Assembly (NCBI GenBank): GCA_965287045.1
Contig: OZ336874.1
Location: 84,072,001 to 84,136,000, forward strand
Reading direction: 5' to 3'
DNA: 64,000 nt
Source of the DNA: Carcharhinus amblyrhynchos
Lineage: Eukaryota
This document shows, in pieces, positions 12,607-25,065 of the stretch (the stretch's first letter is position 1; every line of letters starts with the position of its first letter). A program made the translations under genes and the position numbers. The notes beneath the pieces are model-generated. The model made no database searches. It saw only the letters and a program-made list of their open reading frames with translations, and had not been told where the DNA came from.

Positions 12607-13278
12607 TGGTGTGGAGTTGCCAGCATTGGACTAGCGTAAGCACAGTAAGAAGTCTCACAACACCAAGTTAAAGTCCAGCGAGTTTATTTGGTCGCACAAG
12701 CTTTCAGAATATCACTCCTTCTTCAGGTGAGTGAGGAGTTGTGTTCACAAACAGGACTTATATAGACACAAACTCAAGAGAACACTCCTGTCTGGTGCCT
12801 TCTTCCTATCAGGGAACACTTCAGCGGTCACAGGCGTTCAACCTCTGATCTTCGAGTAAGCGTTCTCCAAGGCAGCCTTCACGACACATGACAACACAGA
12901 ATCACTGAGCAGAAACTGATAGCCAAGTTCCGCACACATGAGGATGTCCTCAGCCAGTACCTTGGGTTCATGTCACGCCATCTGTAACTCGCACGACTTG
13001 CTTGGACTTGCGAAATCTCACTAACTGTCCTGGCTGGAGACAATGCACATCTCTTTAACCTATGCTTAACCCTCTTTCCATTCACATTGTCTGTACCTTT
13101 AAGACTTGATTACCTGTAAAGACTTGCATTCCAACCTCTTGTAAATTGAGTTTGTGTCTATATATTTTCTGTTTGTGAACTCAACTCCTCACTCACCTGA
13201 AGAAGGAGTGACACTCCGAAAACTTGTGCTATCAAATAAACCTGTTGGACTTTAACCTGGTGTTGTGAGACTTCTTAT
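12607..13278 (+). mobile_element. Penelope-like element, truncated, with inverted pLTR
   Basis: GIY-YIG C-terminal remnant (EHFSGHRRSTSDLRVSVLQG..EQKLIAKFRTHED); ~12647-12777 is an inverted copy of ~13146-13277; ATTGACAATTGG at 12598-12609 and 13279-13290 as TSD. Confidence 0.9.
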
Positions 13279-14166
13279 ATTGACAATTGGCACAGCAGTG
13301 GAAAAGTTAATGGTTTAGTCATCCACTGGATGGCCAATTAAGTCAGTTAAGTAGCAATTGAAGTCTCCATGTGAGGAGACAGTGGTAAACATTGGCAGTC
13401 GCCCAGCAGATTCCAAGCCTGTGCTCCATGGCTAAGGCAGAGCCCTTAATGGCAATGTCCTTGCAATGTCAGACTCCAGCTTCCTCCAAACATTCTAACC
13501 TATCATCAGAGGTGACCCATCATGAGGCACCCGGCATCTAGTGATGCAGCAGCAGAAATTTATATTACTAGCAGTGACATTGCTGAGTTGCTAGTCCTCT
13601 CATTGAGCTGCCCTAGTTTGAAGGCTGCAACAGCCTCTTAACTGGCTGCTGCTGTCAACATGTAACATTGGTTCATGCTGCCTGCAAAAATTGTGTTGCC
13701 TTCCACTTCTGGCTTCAGCAGTGGGATTTCAAAGTCAATGGCAAAATTCTTCTTTATAATTAACACTGTATGACCTTGGCATGTAGTGTCCTGACCAACT
13801 CAGAGGGCAGATTCTGCAGGGCTACATCTTGATATCAGACTTAGAATTGGGAGAGAAGATTGTATACCCATTTTTTCATGGGCTAAAGTTCAGCGGTTTA
13901 GCAGCTGGAGATTTTGCACCTGTTTCAAGCTTTAGATTTTTAAAGCTGTGATTCGATAAATAGCTTCACTGAGGTATTGGATTTGAAGCAAAATATTTAA
14001 ATTACGCCCTCGCACAACATTGTCTCTTTAATCTAGATTTCTTCTATTTGCTTTGTATACTCATTTGGAATAAAAGTAATGGGAGCTTCAGAGACAAAGC
14101 AAATCTTAACATGCAGCAGGCTTTGTATATTTTTGCTGTAATACTTATAATATCTTTTTAGTATTG

Positions 14167-14285
14167 GGGACAAATTTTCCGTTCCATTCACCACATGAAT
14201 TGGGAGGGATGAACTATGGAAAGGTCCATTGACTTCAGGTGGGATTTTCCAATTTTGGGGTGAACATGGCCAGAAAATCCCACCC
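14167..14285. mobile_element. Short Harbinger-like MITE
   Basis: Ends GGGGACAAATTTTC ... GAAAATCCCACCC; right end shared with 30826-31017. Confidence 0.5.
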
Positions 14286-14581
14286 ATAGTATTTTATTTA
14301 CAATTCTTGATACATTTCTGACAGTTTTCATTTGCACTTATGACAAACATATTCTTAAAGCACCTCAAACATAGTTGTTTGTAGGAATAAGGTGAAAGTA
14401 AGCATTTTAGGGAAACTGAACAATTCCTGAGGTGGTGCTAGGGCCACAATTTACTGACGTAATAATGAATATGCTACCACACTGAGCCAAGCTGACAAAT
14501 TATAGGTACACCAGATTTAAATATTGAAACTGTGTGGGGCACATCACTTGAGAAGAATATGTTTGAGAACTGATTTCAGTT

Positions 14582-15722
14582 AGAAGTCTCACAACACCAG
14601 ATTAAAGTCCAACAGGTTTATTTGGTAGCAAAAGCCACTAGCTTTCAGAGCGCTGCTCCTTCGTCAGGTAAGTGGGAGTTCTGTTCACAAACAGGACATA
14701 TAAAGACACAAACTCAATTTACAAAATAATTGGAATGCGAGTCTTTACAGGTAACAAGTCTCAAAGGTACAGACAATGTGAGTGAAGAGAGCGTTAAGCA
14801 CAGGTTAAAGAGATGTGTAGTGTCTCCAGACAGGACAGTTAGTGAGATTTTGCAAGCCCAGGCAAGCCATGGGGGTCACAGATAGTGTGACGTGAACCCA
14901 AGGTCCCAGTTGAGGCCATCCTCGTGTGTGTGGAACTTGGCTGTCAGTCTCTGCTCAGCAACTCTGTGCTGTCATGTGTCGTGAAGGCCGTCTTGGAGAA
15001 CACTTACCCAAAGATCAGAAGATGAATGCCCATGACCACTGAAATGTTCCCCAACACAAAGAGAACACTCTTGCCTGGTGATTGTCCAGCGGTGTTCATT
15101 CATCTGCTGTCGTAGCGTCTGCATGGTCTCCCCAATGTACCATGCCTTGGGACATCCTTTCCTGTAGCGTATCAGGTAGACAGTGTTGGCCGAGTTACAA
15201 GAGTATGTACTGTGTACCTGATGGATGATGTTGTCTCGTGAAATGATGGCATCCATGTTGGTGATCCGGCATGTCTTGCAGAGGTTGCTGTGACAGGATT
15301 GTATGGTGTCGTGGTCACTGTTCTCCTGAAGGCTGGTAGTTTGCTGCAGACAATTGTCTGTTTGAGGTTATGCAGTTATTTGAATGCAAGAAGTGGGGGT
15401 GTGGGGATGGCCTTGGTGAAATGTTCGTCTTCATCAATGACACATTGAACGCTCTGGAGAAGATGTCGTAGCTTCTCAACTTCAGGGAAGTACTGGACGA
15501 CGAAGGGTACAATGTCCACCGTGTCACGTGTTTGTCTTCTGAGGAGGTTGATGCGGTTTTTCGCTGTGGCACGTTGGAACTGTTGATCGATGAGTCAAGC
15601 GCCATATCCTGTACTTATGAGGGCATCTTTCAGCGTTTGGAGGTGTCTGTTGCAATCCTCCTCATCTGAGCAGATCCTGTGTATATGGAGGGCTTGTCCG
15701 TAGGTTAACAATCTCCACATCA
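14582..15722 (-). mobile_element. Penelope-like retroelement, 5'-truncated (thumb region, GIY-YIG endonuclease, pLTR)
   Basis: ORF 14972-15256: YSCNSANTVYLIRYRKGCPKAWYIGETMQTLRQQMNEHR..VGEHFSGHGHS; pLTR matches 12607-13278. Confidence 0.93.
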
Positions 15723-16199
15723 TAAGAACTAATTTGCCGGAGACATATACTACTAACTTCTAACAGTCTTTGGAAATTCACCAAAACTCATTTTGCAGTT
15801 GCTCAGTACTGGACAATAAAAACATTTTATCTTCTTCTCATTCCACCATGATCCAATGTTGAAAATGTTTGGTTTGCTGTGATTTTTTTTGATCACTTGA
15901 AACATTCTGGTGAAATGTTAGCTAGCTATCTGGCCAGAAATGTTAGTCGTTGATGATGAACAATATTTCATATTAGCTCAGTGATGTTAGTAGATGGCTG
16001 GGGACTTAGTACAAAAACAGTTGTTCTTCCTTTGTAAATAACTGCAGGAACACTGTAGGAATAAACTGTATTGGTGCAGGAGAAATGCACTTCGATCAAA
16101 TTAGAGCAGAGATTTGCAAGGAGTATTGAGGGAACAATTGAAATTCAATTAGAAAGATAGTGAGAGGGACAGGGCAGTAAAATAAATGGACCGTAGATG

Positions 16200-16870
16200 A
16201 AGTAGCTAATAGTTTAATTTATTTAACGGATGGATATGGAAACAATAATCCTGGGAGACAAATATGAACTCATGAAAAAGCTGACAAAGGGGCATATGAA
16301 GGAGGGAAATCGACAATATGATGCTTATATATGAATACTAGAAGAACTAAGAATAAAATGGTAGAACTGGAGGGGATTGGGAGCTGCGATGTGGTGGGAA
16401 TATCAGAAACACAGCTAAGCCCAGAGGATTCAAATTAATTTATTCTTCAGGGGTATAAAGTCTTTCAAAAGGATAAAAAAGAAGAGGCAGTAGCCCTATA
16501 TATCAACTGGGAGATAAATGAAGTTGATCCTTTGGAGGGGGAAGCTAAAAAATAATACTCTGCTTAGAAATCTTTGCTATTTATAAATTCAAACCAATAC
16601 TAAGAGTTTGTCATGGATCACCAGGTCAACACAAGAAGGACAGTTCCATCTATGAAATAGCTAAGAGGCGAATGTGAGAAATTGAAAATATATTAAAGCA
16701 ACTTCAGAACTTATATCAGGAAGTATTCTAAACAAGCAGCCATTAATACATGAAATAAACTCTTGGATAGAATGGTACAAATGAAACCCCTTGAATCATT
16801 TAAGAAGCAATGGGTTACAACAAGGAGTGAATGCAGAGTTGCTCTGGATGGATTAATGAAGAAGCACATA
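16200..16870 (+). mobile_element. Very old CR1 fragments (endonuclease start and 3' end)
   Basis: CLYMNTRRTKNKMVELEG and CDVVGISETQL near 16320-16420; degenerate 3' end near 16670-16860. Confidence 0.55.
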
Positions 16871-17254
16871 ATAAACTTCCTTCTCTGAAGAATCTTTTGT
16901 CGTGCCTTCTATTTTCAATTTACAAAGCCACCATTTAAATTGGGTGATCTTAATCCAAAAATTATTGAGATATAACTTTGGAAAGTTGTTCAAATAGGGT
17001 AAGCCCAGCAGAGCTTTACTTTAGAGAAAAGTTTGTTTTGTATCCATAGTTTGCAGAACAACTGAATGCACATTCAAGAATGGTCACCCAGTAAACAATA
17101 TGTAACAAGCTTGTTGCTTAAGTGTAATGTTGCAGGACAATTTCTAGAATTTCATGGCATTCTTCTGTGAATTTATCTCAGAAAATCCAGCAACTTAATT
17201 GGCATCATTATTTCATTATATCAAATATGAGGTAGTGGCATTTTCTGTTTTGGA

Positions 17255-18350
17255 TCAATAACCCAGTATTCGTTGCCCATCCCTAATTGCCCTAAAGAAA
17301 GTAGTGGTAAGCTGCCTTCTTACACCATGCAGTCCATGTGTGGGTATACACACACTGCTGTTAGGAGGGAATTCCAGGATTTTGCCTCAGCAACAGTGAA
17401 GGAATGGCAATATATTGCTAAGGTGATGAGTGGCTTGGAGGGGAACATCCAGGTGCCCTTGTCCTTCTGGATGGCAATAGTTGTGGGTTTGAAAAGTGCA
17501 CTCTAAGGGCCTCCATGAGCTAAATCCAGCAAATAGTTATCACGTATGAGTTCTCTTTAAGTTTAGGAAACCTTTCTTCGGTTCAGCATAGTTTTTCCCT
17601 GAGGTTTTCAAATCAGCAGCTTCTAGCCTAGAATTCAGCTTCCCAGATGGGTGTTGCTTTGGTTGTAACTGCTTACCAGGGTGCTTCGGTTTCCTCCCAC
17701 TGTCCAAAGATATGCGGTTTAGGTTGATTGGCCATGCTAAATTGACCCTAGTTTCGGGGGGATTAGCAGAATAAATATGTGGGGTTATGGGAATAGGATA
17801 GGATTGTTGTCAGTGCAGACTCAATGGGCTGAATGACCTCCATCTATACTGTAGAGATTCTATAATTCTTAGTCAGTTTCTGCAGTGCAACTTGTAAATG
17901 GTACATGTTGTTACTGTGCATCGGTGGTGGAGGGAATGAATGTTTGTGGAAGGGATGCTGATCTATAAGGATGATTTTTGTTTGTTGAGTTTTTCTGGAG
18001 CTACACTAATCCAGACAATTATTCCATTACACCCCTGACCTATATCTTGCAGACAGACTTTGGGGAATCAGGAGTTGAGTTACTCATTGTAGGACTCCTA
18101 GCCTCCAATCTGCTCTTGAATCATAGTATTTATATGGCTGGTCCAGTTGAGTTTTTGTTCAGTGATAACCCCCAGGATGCAGATAGGGGGCTTCAGTGAT
18201 GATACTGTCATTGAATGTCAAGGGGCGATGGTTAGATTCTCTTTTGTTGGAGAGGGTCAGTGGCTGACACTTTTGTGGTGCAAATGGTACTTGCCATTTG
18301 TCAGCCCAGTTCTGGATATTGTACAGGTTTTGCTGCATTTGGACATTGTA
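17255..18350 (-). mobile_element. Family B LINE 3' part, interrupted by an HE1 fragment (~17678-17868, +)
   Basis: ORF 18159-18392 QMQQNLYNIQNWADKWQVPFAPQKCQPLTLSNKRESNHRPLTFN; tail TTGCCCATCCCTAATTGCCC at ~17273. Confidence 0.8.
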
Positions 18351-18869
18351 ATGATGCATGCTAACAGACTTCGTCCGAAACACCCAAGGCATTAATTAAT
18401 AAGGAAAAACTTTACAGAGCCTAGCAGCCAACATAAATAATTCTATAAGTCAAATCCAGCTTATTGTTACCACACAACACAGGGCTGATGATCAAGTCTA
18501 AGAGCTGTCTTTTCCTGGCCCAGCTAAGGTATTTAAACTGCCTTTACAAAGATTTCCTGCAACGTCTTGGCTCTAAGACTTAGATGTACCACTTTAGCAT
18601 CCCTGAGGAGTAAAAGATGTTGCTGTGAGGTGTGGACTGGCTTTGACCATGAGGTTGAATTGCCTCTCTGCTTCTGATGGGGCTAGGGTGAGGTAACAGT
18701 TATAGTATTCCCCTTTTTGTATTTCAAACTTGGAAGTTGGCTGTCTACATATCTTCCCTTATTTCCTTTTGTGGAGTTTAACATTTCTATAGCCCTAAAT
18801 CATCCACCTTTAACCAATACATCACATAGTAAGATCAGAAAGTGATTGGCTGAGAATAATAACTTTTTA

Positions 18870-21750
18870 ATGGGAATTTGGACAGCTTCCGCTGGCCTAA
18901 GTTGAAAGAAAGTATCGATGAAAGATGGAAATTTTTATTGAAAACTCTGACCAATGACATTTAATACTGTTAGACTTAACATCTTCCAAGACTCTGCAAC
19001 AGTTCCTACAGATTGGAAGGTAGCTAATGTAACCCTACTATTTAAAATGGGAGGTAGAGAGAAGACAGAGAATTATAGATCAGTCAGTCTGATGCCGGCA
19101 GTAGGGAAAATGTGAGAATCCATTATCAAAGATTTTTTAACAAAACACTTGGAAAACAGTGGCAGGATTGGACAGAATCAGCATGAAAGGGAAATCATGC
19201 CTGACAAATCTATGGAATTTTTTTGAGGATGTAACTAGTAGAGTTGATGAGAGGGAGCCAGTGGATGTCGTTTATTTGGACTTTCATAAGAACATAAGAA
19301 ATAGGAGCAGGAGTAGGCCATCTAGCCCTTCGAGCCTGCCCCACCATTCAGTAAGATCATGGCTGATCTGTCGTGGCTCAGTTCCACATTCCCGCCCTCT
19401 CCCCATAACCCTTAATCCCCTCTCTTATCAAAAACCCATCAACCCGCTTCTTAAAAATATTTAGCGAGGCAGCCTCCACCACCTCAACGGGCAGAGAATT
19501 CCAGAGATTCACCACCCTTTGAGTGAAGAAGTTCCTCCTCAACTCCATTCTAAACCGCCCCCCCTTTATCTTGAGGCTGTGCCCCCTAGTCCTACTGTCT
19601 TTTTTGAGCGGGAAGAGTCTCTCCACCTCTATCCTATCCATCCCATTCATCATCTTATACGTCTCAATGAGATCTCCCCTCATTCTTCTAAACTCTAACG
19701 AGTACAAGCCTAGTTTATTCAGCCTCTCCTCATAGCTCAACCCCCTCAACTCCGGTATCAGCCTAGTAAACCTCCTCTGCACTCCTTCCAAGGCCAAAAT
19801 ATCCTTGCGTAAGTGCGGCGACCAAAACTGCACACAGTACTCCAGCTGCGGCCTCACCAATGCCCTATACAGCTGCAGCAAGACCTCCTTACTTTTATAT
19901 TCAATCCCCCTCGCTATGAAGGCCAGCATCCCATTAGCCTTCCTGACCACCTGCTGCACCTGCAGGCTGGGTTTTTGCAACTCATGCACAAGGACCCCGA
20001 GGTCCCTCTGCACCGTCGCCTGCTGCAGTTTTTCGCCACGTAAGTAATAGTCCTTCCTACCATTATTCCTACCAAAGTGGACCACCTCGCACTTGCCAAC
20101 ATTAAATTCCATTTGCCAGTTCCTGGCCCATTCGCCCAGCCTATCTAGATCCTTCTGCAGACTCTCCACACCCTCCGCGCAATTTGCCGTTCCACCAATC
20201 TTGGTGTCATCAGCAAATTTCGACACCATACACTCGGTTCCCTCCTCCAGATCATCTATATAAATGGTAAATAGCTGATGCCCCAGCACCGACCCCTGGG
20301 GCACTCCACTAGTCACCAACTGCCAATCCGAATAGCACCCATTAACCCCCACTCTTTGCCTCCTATTTGGCAACCAATCCTCTATCCACGCTAACACCCT
20401 ATCCCCAACTCCATGCCCCATTACCTTCTGCAATAACCTCTTGTGAGGTACCTTGTCAAATGTCTTCTGAAAATCAAGAAAGACCACATCCACCGGCTCT
20501 CCTCTATCCACCTCCCTAGACACATCCTCATAGAACTCCAATAAATTTGTCAGACACGACTTCCCCTTAACGAAACCGTGCTGCGTCTGCTCTATCAAGC
20601 AATTCCCCTCAAGATGCTTTCGGAAGGCTTTTGACAAAGTCGCACATAAGACAATTGTGTGTAAAATTAAAGCACATGGGATTGGGGGTAGTGTATTGAG
20701 ATGGATAGAAAACTGGAAGCAAAGAGTAGGAATAAACAAGTAATTTTTAAAATGGCAGGCAGCGACTGGTAGTGTAGTACAGGGATCAGTGCTGGGACCC
20801 CAGCCATTGACTACATATATTAATGATTTAGATGAACAAACTAAATGTAATATCTGCAAATTTGAAGACACAAAGCTGGAAGGGAGGGTGAGCTCTGAAG
20901 AGGATGCAGAGATCCTTCAGTGTGATTTGGAGAAGTTGAGTGAGTGGGCAAATGAATGGCAGATGCAGTTTAATTTGGATAAATGTAAGGTTGCCCACTT
21001 TGGTAGCAAAAGCGGGAATACTATACAAATACTATCCAAATGGTCATAAATTAGGAGAGGAGGAACGTGCAATGAGGCCTCATATACCTGTCACTGATGG
21101 TAAGCATGGAAGCTCAGCAAGCAGTAAAAAAGGCAAATGCTATGTTTACCTTCAAAGTGAGAGGATTCGTGTATAAGAGCAGGGATATCTTAACGCAATT
21201 ATTTACGACCTTGGTGAGGCCATACCTGGAATGCTGTGCGTAGTTCTGATCTCCTTATCTGAGGAAGGATGTTCTTGCTTGAGATGCAATGCAGAGGTTT
21301 ACCAGACTGATTCCTGGTGTGGCAGAACTGATGTTTGAGGAGGGATTGAGTCAGTTAGGATTGTATTCACTGGAGTTCAGAACAATGAGAGGGCAGCTCA
21401 TAAAACTTATAAAATTCTTGTCAAAAACTAGACAGGGTAGACGCAAGGAAGGTGCTCCTGATGGTGAGGATGTCCAGAACCAGAAATCACAATCTGAAGA
21501 TACGGGGTAGATGGTTTAGGACAAAGATGACAAGTTTCTTCACCCAGAGAGTGGTCAGTCTGTGGAATTCACTACCAAAGAAAGTAGTTGCATGTTTTCA
21601 AGAAGCAGGGGTGAAGGGGCTCAAATTATCTGAAGGGAAGGTGGGATCAGGCTATTGAGTTGGATAATGATCATAATGAATGGTGGAGCAGGCCCAAAGG
21701 GCCAAATGGCCTCCACCTGCTCCTATTTTCTATGTCCTTTGTTTCTATTT
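18870..21750 (+). mobile_element. Old CR1 ORF2 (RT to 3' UTR) split by a young antisense CR1
   Basis: DWKVANVTLLFK; KSCLTNL..VDVVYLDF resumes as KAFDKV at ~20620; YINDLDE; RFTRLIPG; FFTQRVVSLWNSLP. Confidence 0.9.
19285..20617 (-). mobile_element. Young CR1 LINE, 5'-truncated, with an uninterrupted RT-domain reading frame
   Basis: Open frame from KHLEGNCLIEQTQHGFVKGKSCLTNL through SGVPQGSVLG and KFADDTK to the stop at 19378; (TTCTTATG)n tail; CTTTC at both junctions. Confidence 0.96.
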
Positions 21751-21828
21751 CAGAACTTCAATTTATTAATACAGTCGAAATTTAGTTATCAGCTTCAGCT
21801 GATATTTGCATTCTGTCTCCTCCTTTCT

Positions 21829-22158
21829 GACATGGTGGCGCAATGGTTAGCACTGCTGCCCCACAGTTTCAGAGACCCGGGGTTCAATTATAGTCTTGGG
21901 TAACTGCGTGGAGTTTGCACATTCTCCCCATGTCTGTCTGGGTTTCCTCCCACAGTCCAAAGATGTGCGGATTAGGTAGATTGGTCATGCCAAATTGCCT
22001 CAGTGTGTCCCGGTATGTACAGGTTAGATGGGTTTGCCATAGTATTTGTGTGGGGTAATGGGGATAGAATATGGGAGAGGACCTGCATGGGATACTCTGT
22101 CAGAAGTCAGTGCAGGTTTGATGGGCTTTTCTGCACTGTAGGGATCCTATTCTATGTT
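21829..22158 (+). mobile_element. HE1-type tRNA-derived V-SINE, near full length
   Basis: A box TGGCGCAATGG, B box GGTTCAATT, V-domain GGGTTTCCTCCCACAGTCCAAAGATGTGC, CR1-like tail. Confidence 0.85.
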
Positions 22159-22405
22159 TCTTTCTTAGCTTAAAGAAAAGTAGCTAAAAGCAGCAATTCA
22201 TAAAATACAATTTGTTGTGGTCTACCAAATAACCATAAAGCAGCATTGGCTGAATTCTATCAACAACAGCTAATGTGACTTTGAAGTGAACAGAATGAAA
22301 CACAAAAATACATGAAAAGATTAAAAATAGATAGTTTAAGAAATAATCAGCTTGATTTTACTTTACATGGTGTGATTGTGATTTTCTTCTCATTATTTTG
22401 TTTAG

Positions 22406-22525
22406 ATCTATCTTGTTACAGTTTGGAACTTTGAGCTCTATGTGATTCCACTGATGCTGCTCGTTTTGATGATCTACAACTACTGTTTAATTAGATCAGG
22501 AAGTGACAACAGAATAAGCTCTATG
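22406..22525 (+). CDS. MCTP1: Internal coding exon of an MCTP-family gene (MCTP1-like; first hydrophobic/transmembrane region)
   Basis: Polypyrimidine TTTTGTTTAG acceptor and ATG|GTAAGA donor; 120 nt, phase 0; IYLVTVWNFELYVIPLMLLVLMIYNYCLIRSGSDNRISSM matches the recalled MCTP1/2 motif VWNFELYMIPL. Family call is strong; the paralogue (MCTP1, MCTP2 or another) is uncertain. Confidence 0.88.
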
Positions 22526-23039
22526 GTAAGAATACATTTTGTCATTTTCCCTGAATCAGCCTCAGGGTAAAGCTTGTTTAGCTACTTGACTCATAGAAGA
22601 TGGACCTTGTTCTTACAAACCACAGAGTGCTCAACCTCCCCCCACCATTCTACAGCAGTGTACAGCTCATAATTACAATAGATTTTAATGTTGTTTAAAG
22701 TTTTTAGATTGTTCATCCACTATACAGATATAGACACTCCCTTTTCCCCCAAAAAATTCTGTATTAGGTTATTTATTAAGCCTATTTATATTTGAACTTT
22801 CTTCTCAATTTAATTGACAGTACTTTGAAATACAGTTTGTGAAGCCTTGTTGGAATCTGCCCCTTATAACTAAAGAGCAAGGAATATTATTCACACTCAT
22901 TTGCTGCATTGGCTGTGTGTTGTATTCTCATAAACAAGCCCAGGCAATATGAGCTTCTACTGTCAACCATGGACTTGTAAAGAGTAATACCGCTGTTCTG
23001 CTCTTTTTCATAAACTATCAAGGATTATAATTTCTGAGT

Positions 23040-23437
23040 TTTTTCTTTATTCTTTCATGGGATGTGAATATCACTAGCAAAACCAGCCCATTTCTTGCCC
23101 ATTTTTCATTGCTCTTGAACTGCATGGCTTGCTTGGCTATTTCAGAGCATAGTTAAAAGCCAACCATTTTGCCGTGGGTCTGTAGTTATATGTAAACCTG
23201 ACCAAGAAAGGAGGGTAGACTTCCTTCCCTACAAGGCATTAGTGAAGCAGATGGGTTTTAAAACAAAAGCTTCCTGGCCACCATCACTGAGGCTAGCTTT
23301 CAATTCCAGATTTTATTAAATGCATTTAAATTCAATCAGCTACTGTGGTGAGATTTGAATCCATATTCCTGAACGAATATGCCTAGGCCTCTGCATTACT
23401 AGTGCAGTGACATTACGAGAATGCTGCCACCTTTCCC
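23040..23437 (-). mobile_element. tRNA-derived SINE (same family as 37602-37963)
   Basis: CTTCCTTCCCTACAAGGCATTAGTGAAGCAGATGGG core and family B tail on the minus strand. Confidence 0.75.
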
Positions 23438-24261
23438 TGAAGATTAGCTTGGCCAGAATTCAAGGCATTCAAGTGCATTCAAGCCAGAATTCAAGCACAT
23501 GCCTAACCTGACCACAGGTAAAATTGCGTCCTGACGTCACCACACATACGGGCAATATTGAGGTCGGTGATCCCGCAGGATTTGGAGCTGTGCCTGCCTA
23601 CACTTCAAAGGCTAGTTAAGGCCACTAAAAAGCATATTAACACAGATTTTGTGTTGTTCTATGCAATTTTGCACTCGTTGCATGGATAAAAAAGGCAAGC
23701 AGCCATTACGTCTTTATCAATTTGTCATCCAATTTCTCATAAGAGGCCCCCGCATCATAAGCACTTTCATTTTATCTGTGATTTTGTCATATTTCTGAGT
23801 TTTGCCAGATTTCATTTTGATTGCATTAACTTTCTAAGCTGGTTTTCACAGACATCTGTGCCAAAGTTCTAAGAAAGCAAATTGGTCTGTCAAAACCATG
23901 AGGATCACTGACATTTACAAAAGATATTGGCCTTGAAAATCCATGGCCATTTGGCAGATTGCCGCTGTAATTATTATGGGAATGGGCTGGGAGGATTGAG
24001 CTGAGGGTCTGAGCTCTTTGAATGCTACACTCCCCATGACCCAGGCCTTCATATTGACCCAGCATGCTGCAGGTTTGTTATCAGGCTTGCCCCAACTGAC
24101 TCAGCAGTAGGTGTAGTATATGACCAGATCTCTTCATAATTAAAAACAGTTTCTTAAAAAAGGTTTCCCCTGTAAAAGAGAACAAGGGATTGGTCACATT
24201 TTGTTAGCAGCCCAATTCACCAGTTGCAGCACTGCCCCCACTCCCCCACCCCCCACCCGAC

Positions 24262-24678
24262 CAGTGCCGGATTTAGGCATAAGCTAAACAAGTTGCAGCT
24301 TAGGGCCTCACAATCCGCAGGGGCCTCACAAAATTTCAGAAGGTTTACAATGAAGAGAACATTTAAGAGTGGATACCAGGAAAGAAAAAGGAAGCACCAG
24401 CTTGAAGAGCAACTCAAAAAATTACCAAAAGTTGACAGTTACTTTACTCCAGAAACAGATAAGGATCCACAAACCCAAAGTGATCAGCAAAGTCCACAAC
24501 AACCATAGTCTAGTGCTCTGCTACTGAGACAACAGAGTCTGGAATCTCAGCTGAGGAAAACAGACCCAAGGTCCTGTTTTGGTATACACCTTTGTGAGAC
24601 CTTTTGGTGTAACTTTTTAACAACGGGCCTCCAAGCTTTGTATAGCTTAGGACCTCACCAAGTCTAAATTCGGCACTG
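24262..24678 (+). mobile_element. Internally deleted non-autonomous hAT element, 417 bp
   Basis: 15-bp TIRs CAGTGCCGGATTTAG / CTAAATTCGGCACTG (14/15); perfect 8-bp TSD CACCCGAC at 24254-24261 and 24679-24686; transposase-like N-terminus MKRTFKSGYQERKRKHQLEEQLKKLPKVDSYF. Confidence 0.93.
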
Positions 24679-24794
24679 CACCCGACACACTCCACCACAG
24701 CCACTAACCCTAGCTGCACCATGTCAGCCAGGCAGTCCAGAGATGCACCTTTGATGGCATGGGTGTCTGCCACATTGGCGCATTCAGCTCCCTG

Positions 24795-25065
24795 GAGTTC
24801 AGGAGATAATGGGTTCAAGACCCACTCCAAAGAATTAAGCACATGGGCTTACAATCCCAGTGCAGTCCTGAGAGAGTGCTACACTGTCTGTGGTTCCAGT
24901 GTTCATGTGAAATGTTGATCTAAGACCTCATCTACCCAATCAGATGTATGTAAACAATCTAAAATTGCTGTCTGTGAGAGTTTGCAATGTGCAAAATGGC
25001 TGGCATATTTTCTACATTATGCCAGCAGCCCACACTTTAAAAGTAGTGAAGTGCTCTGGGATGTA
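24795..25065 (+). mobile_element. Deu-domain SINE (SacSINE1/AmnSINE1-like), decayed and internally deleted
   Basis: B box GGGTTCAAGACCC; CCAGTGCAGT..GAG.GAGTGCT.CACTGTC; TTGC..TGTGCAAAATGGCTG; similar to 59310-59605. Confidence 0.6.

Noticed and set aside
19378-20871. 497-aa ORF as a complete reverse transcriptase gene
   Set aside because: The first ~85 aa are antisense read-through of the older host CR1; the real element is 5'-truncated at ~20617
21829-21900. tRNA gene (also 31125 and 37612)
   Set aside because: The A/B boxes belong to SINE heads followed by SINE bodies and LINE-derived tails
23450-24170. Old Harbinger-like non-coding repeats (also ~13300-13750, ~28230-28730, ~30410-30780, ~62370-62900)
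   Set aside because: They look repeat-derived, but I could not define termini or a family with enough support to list them
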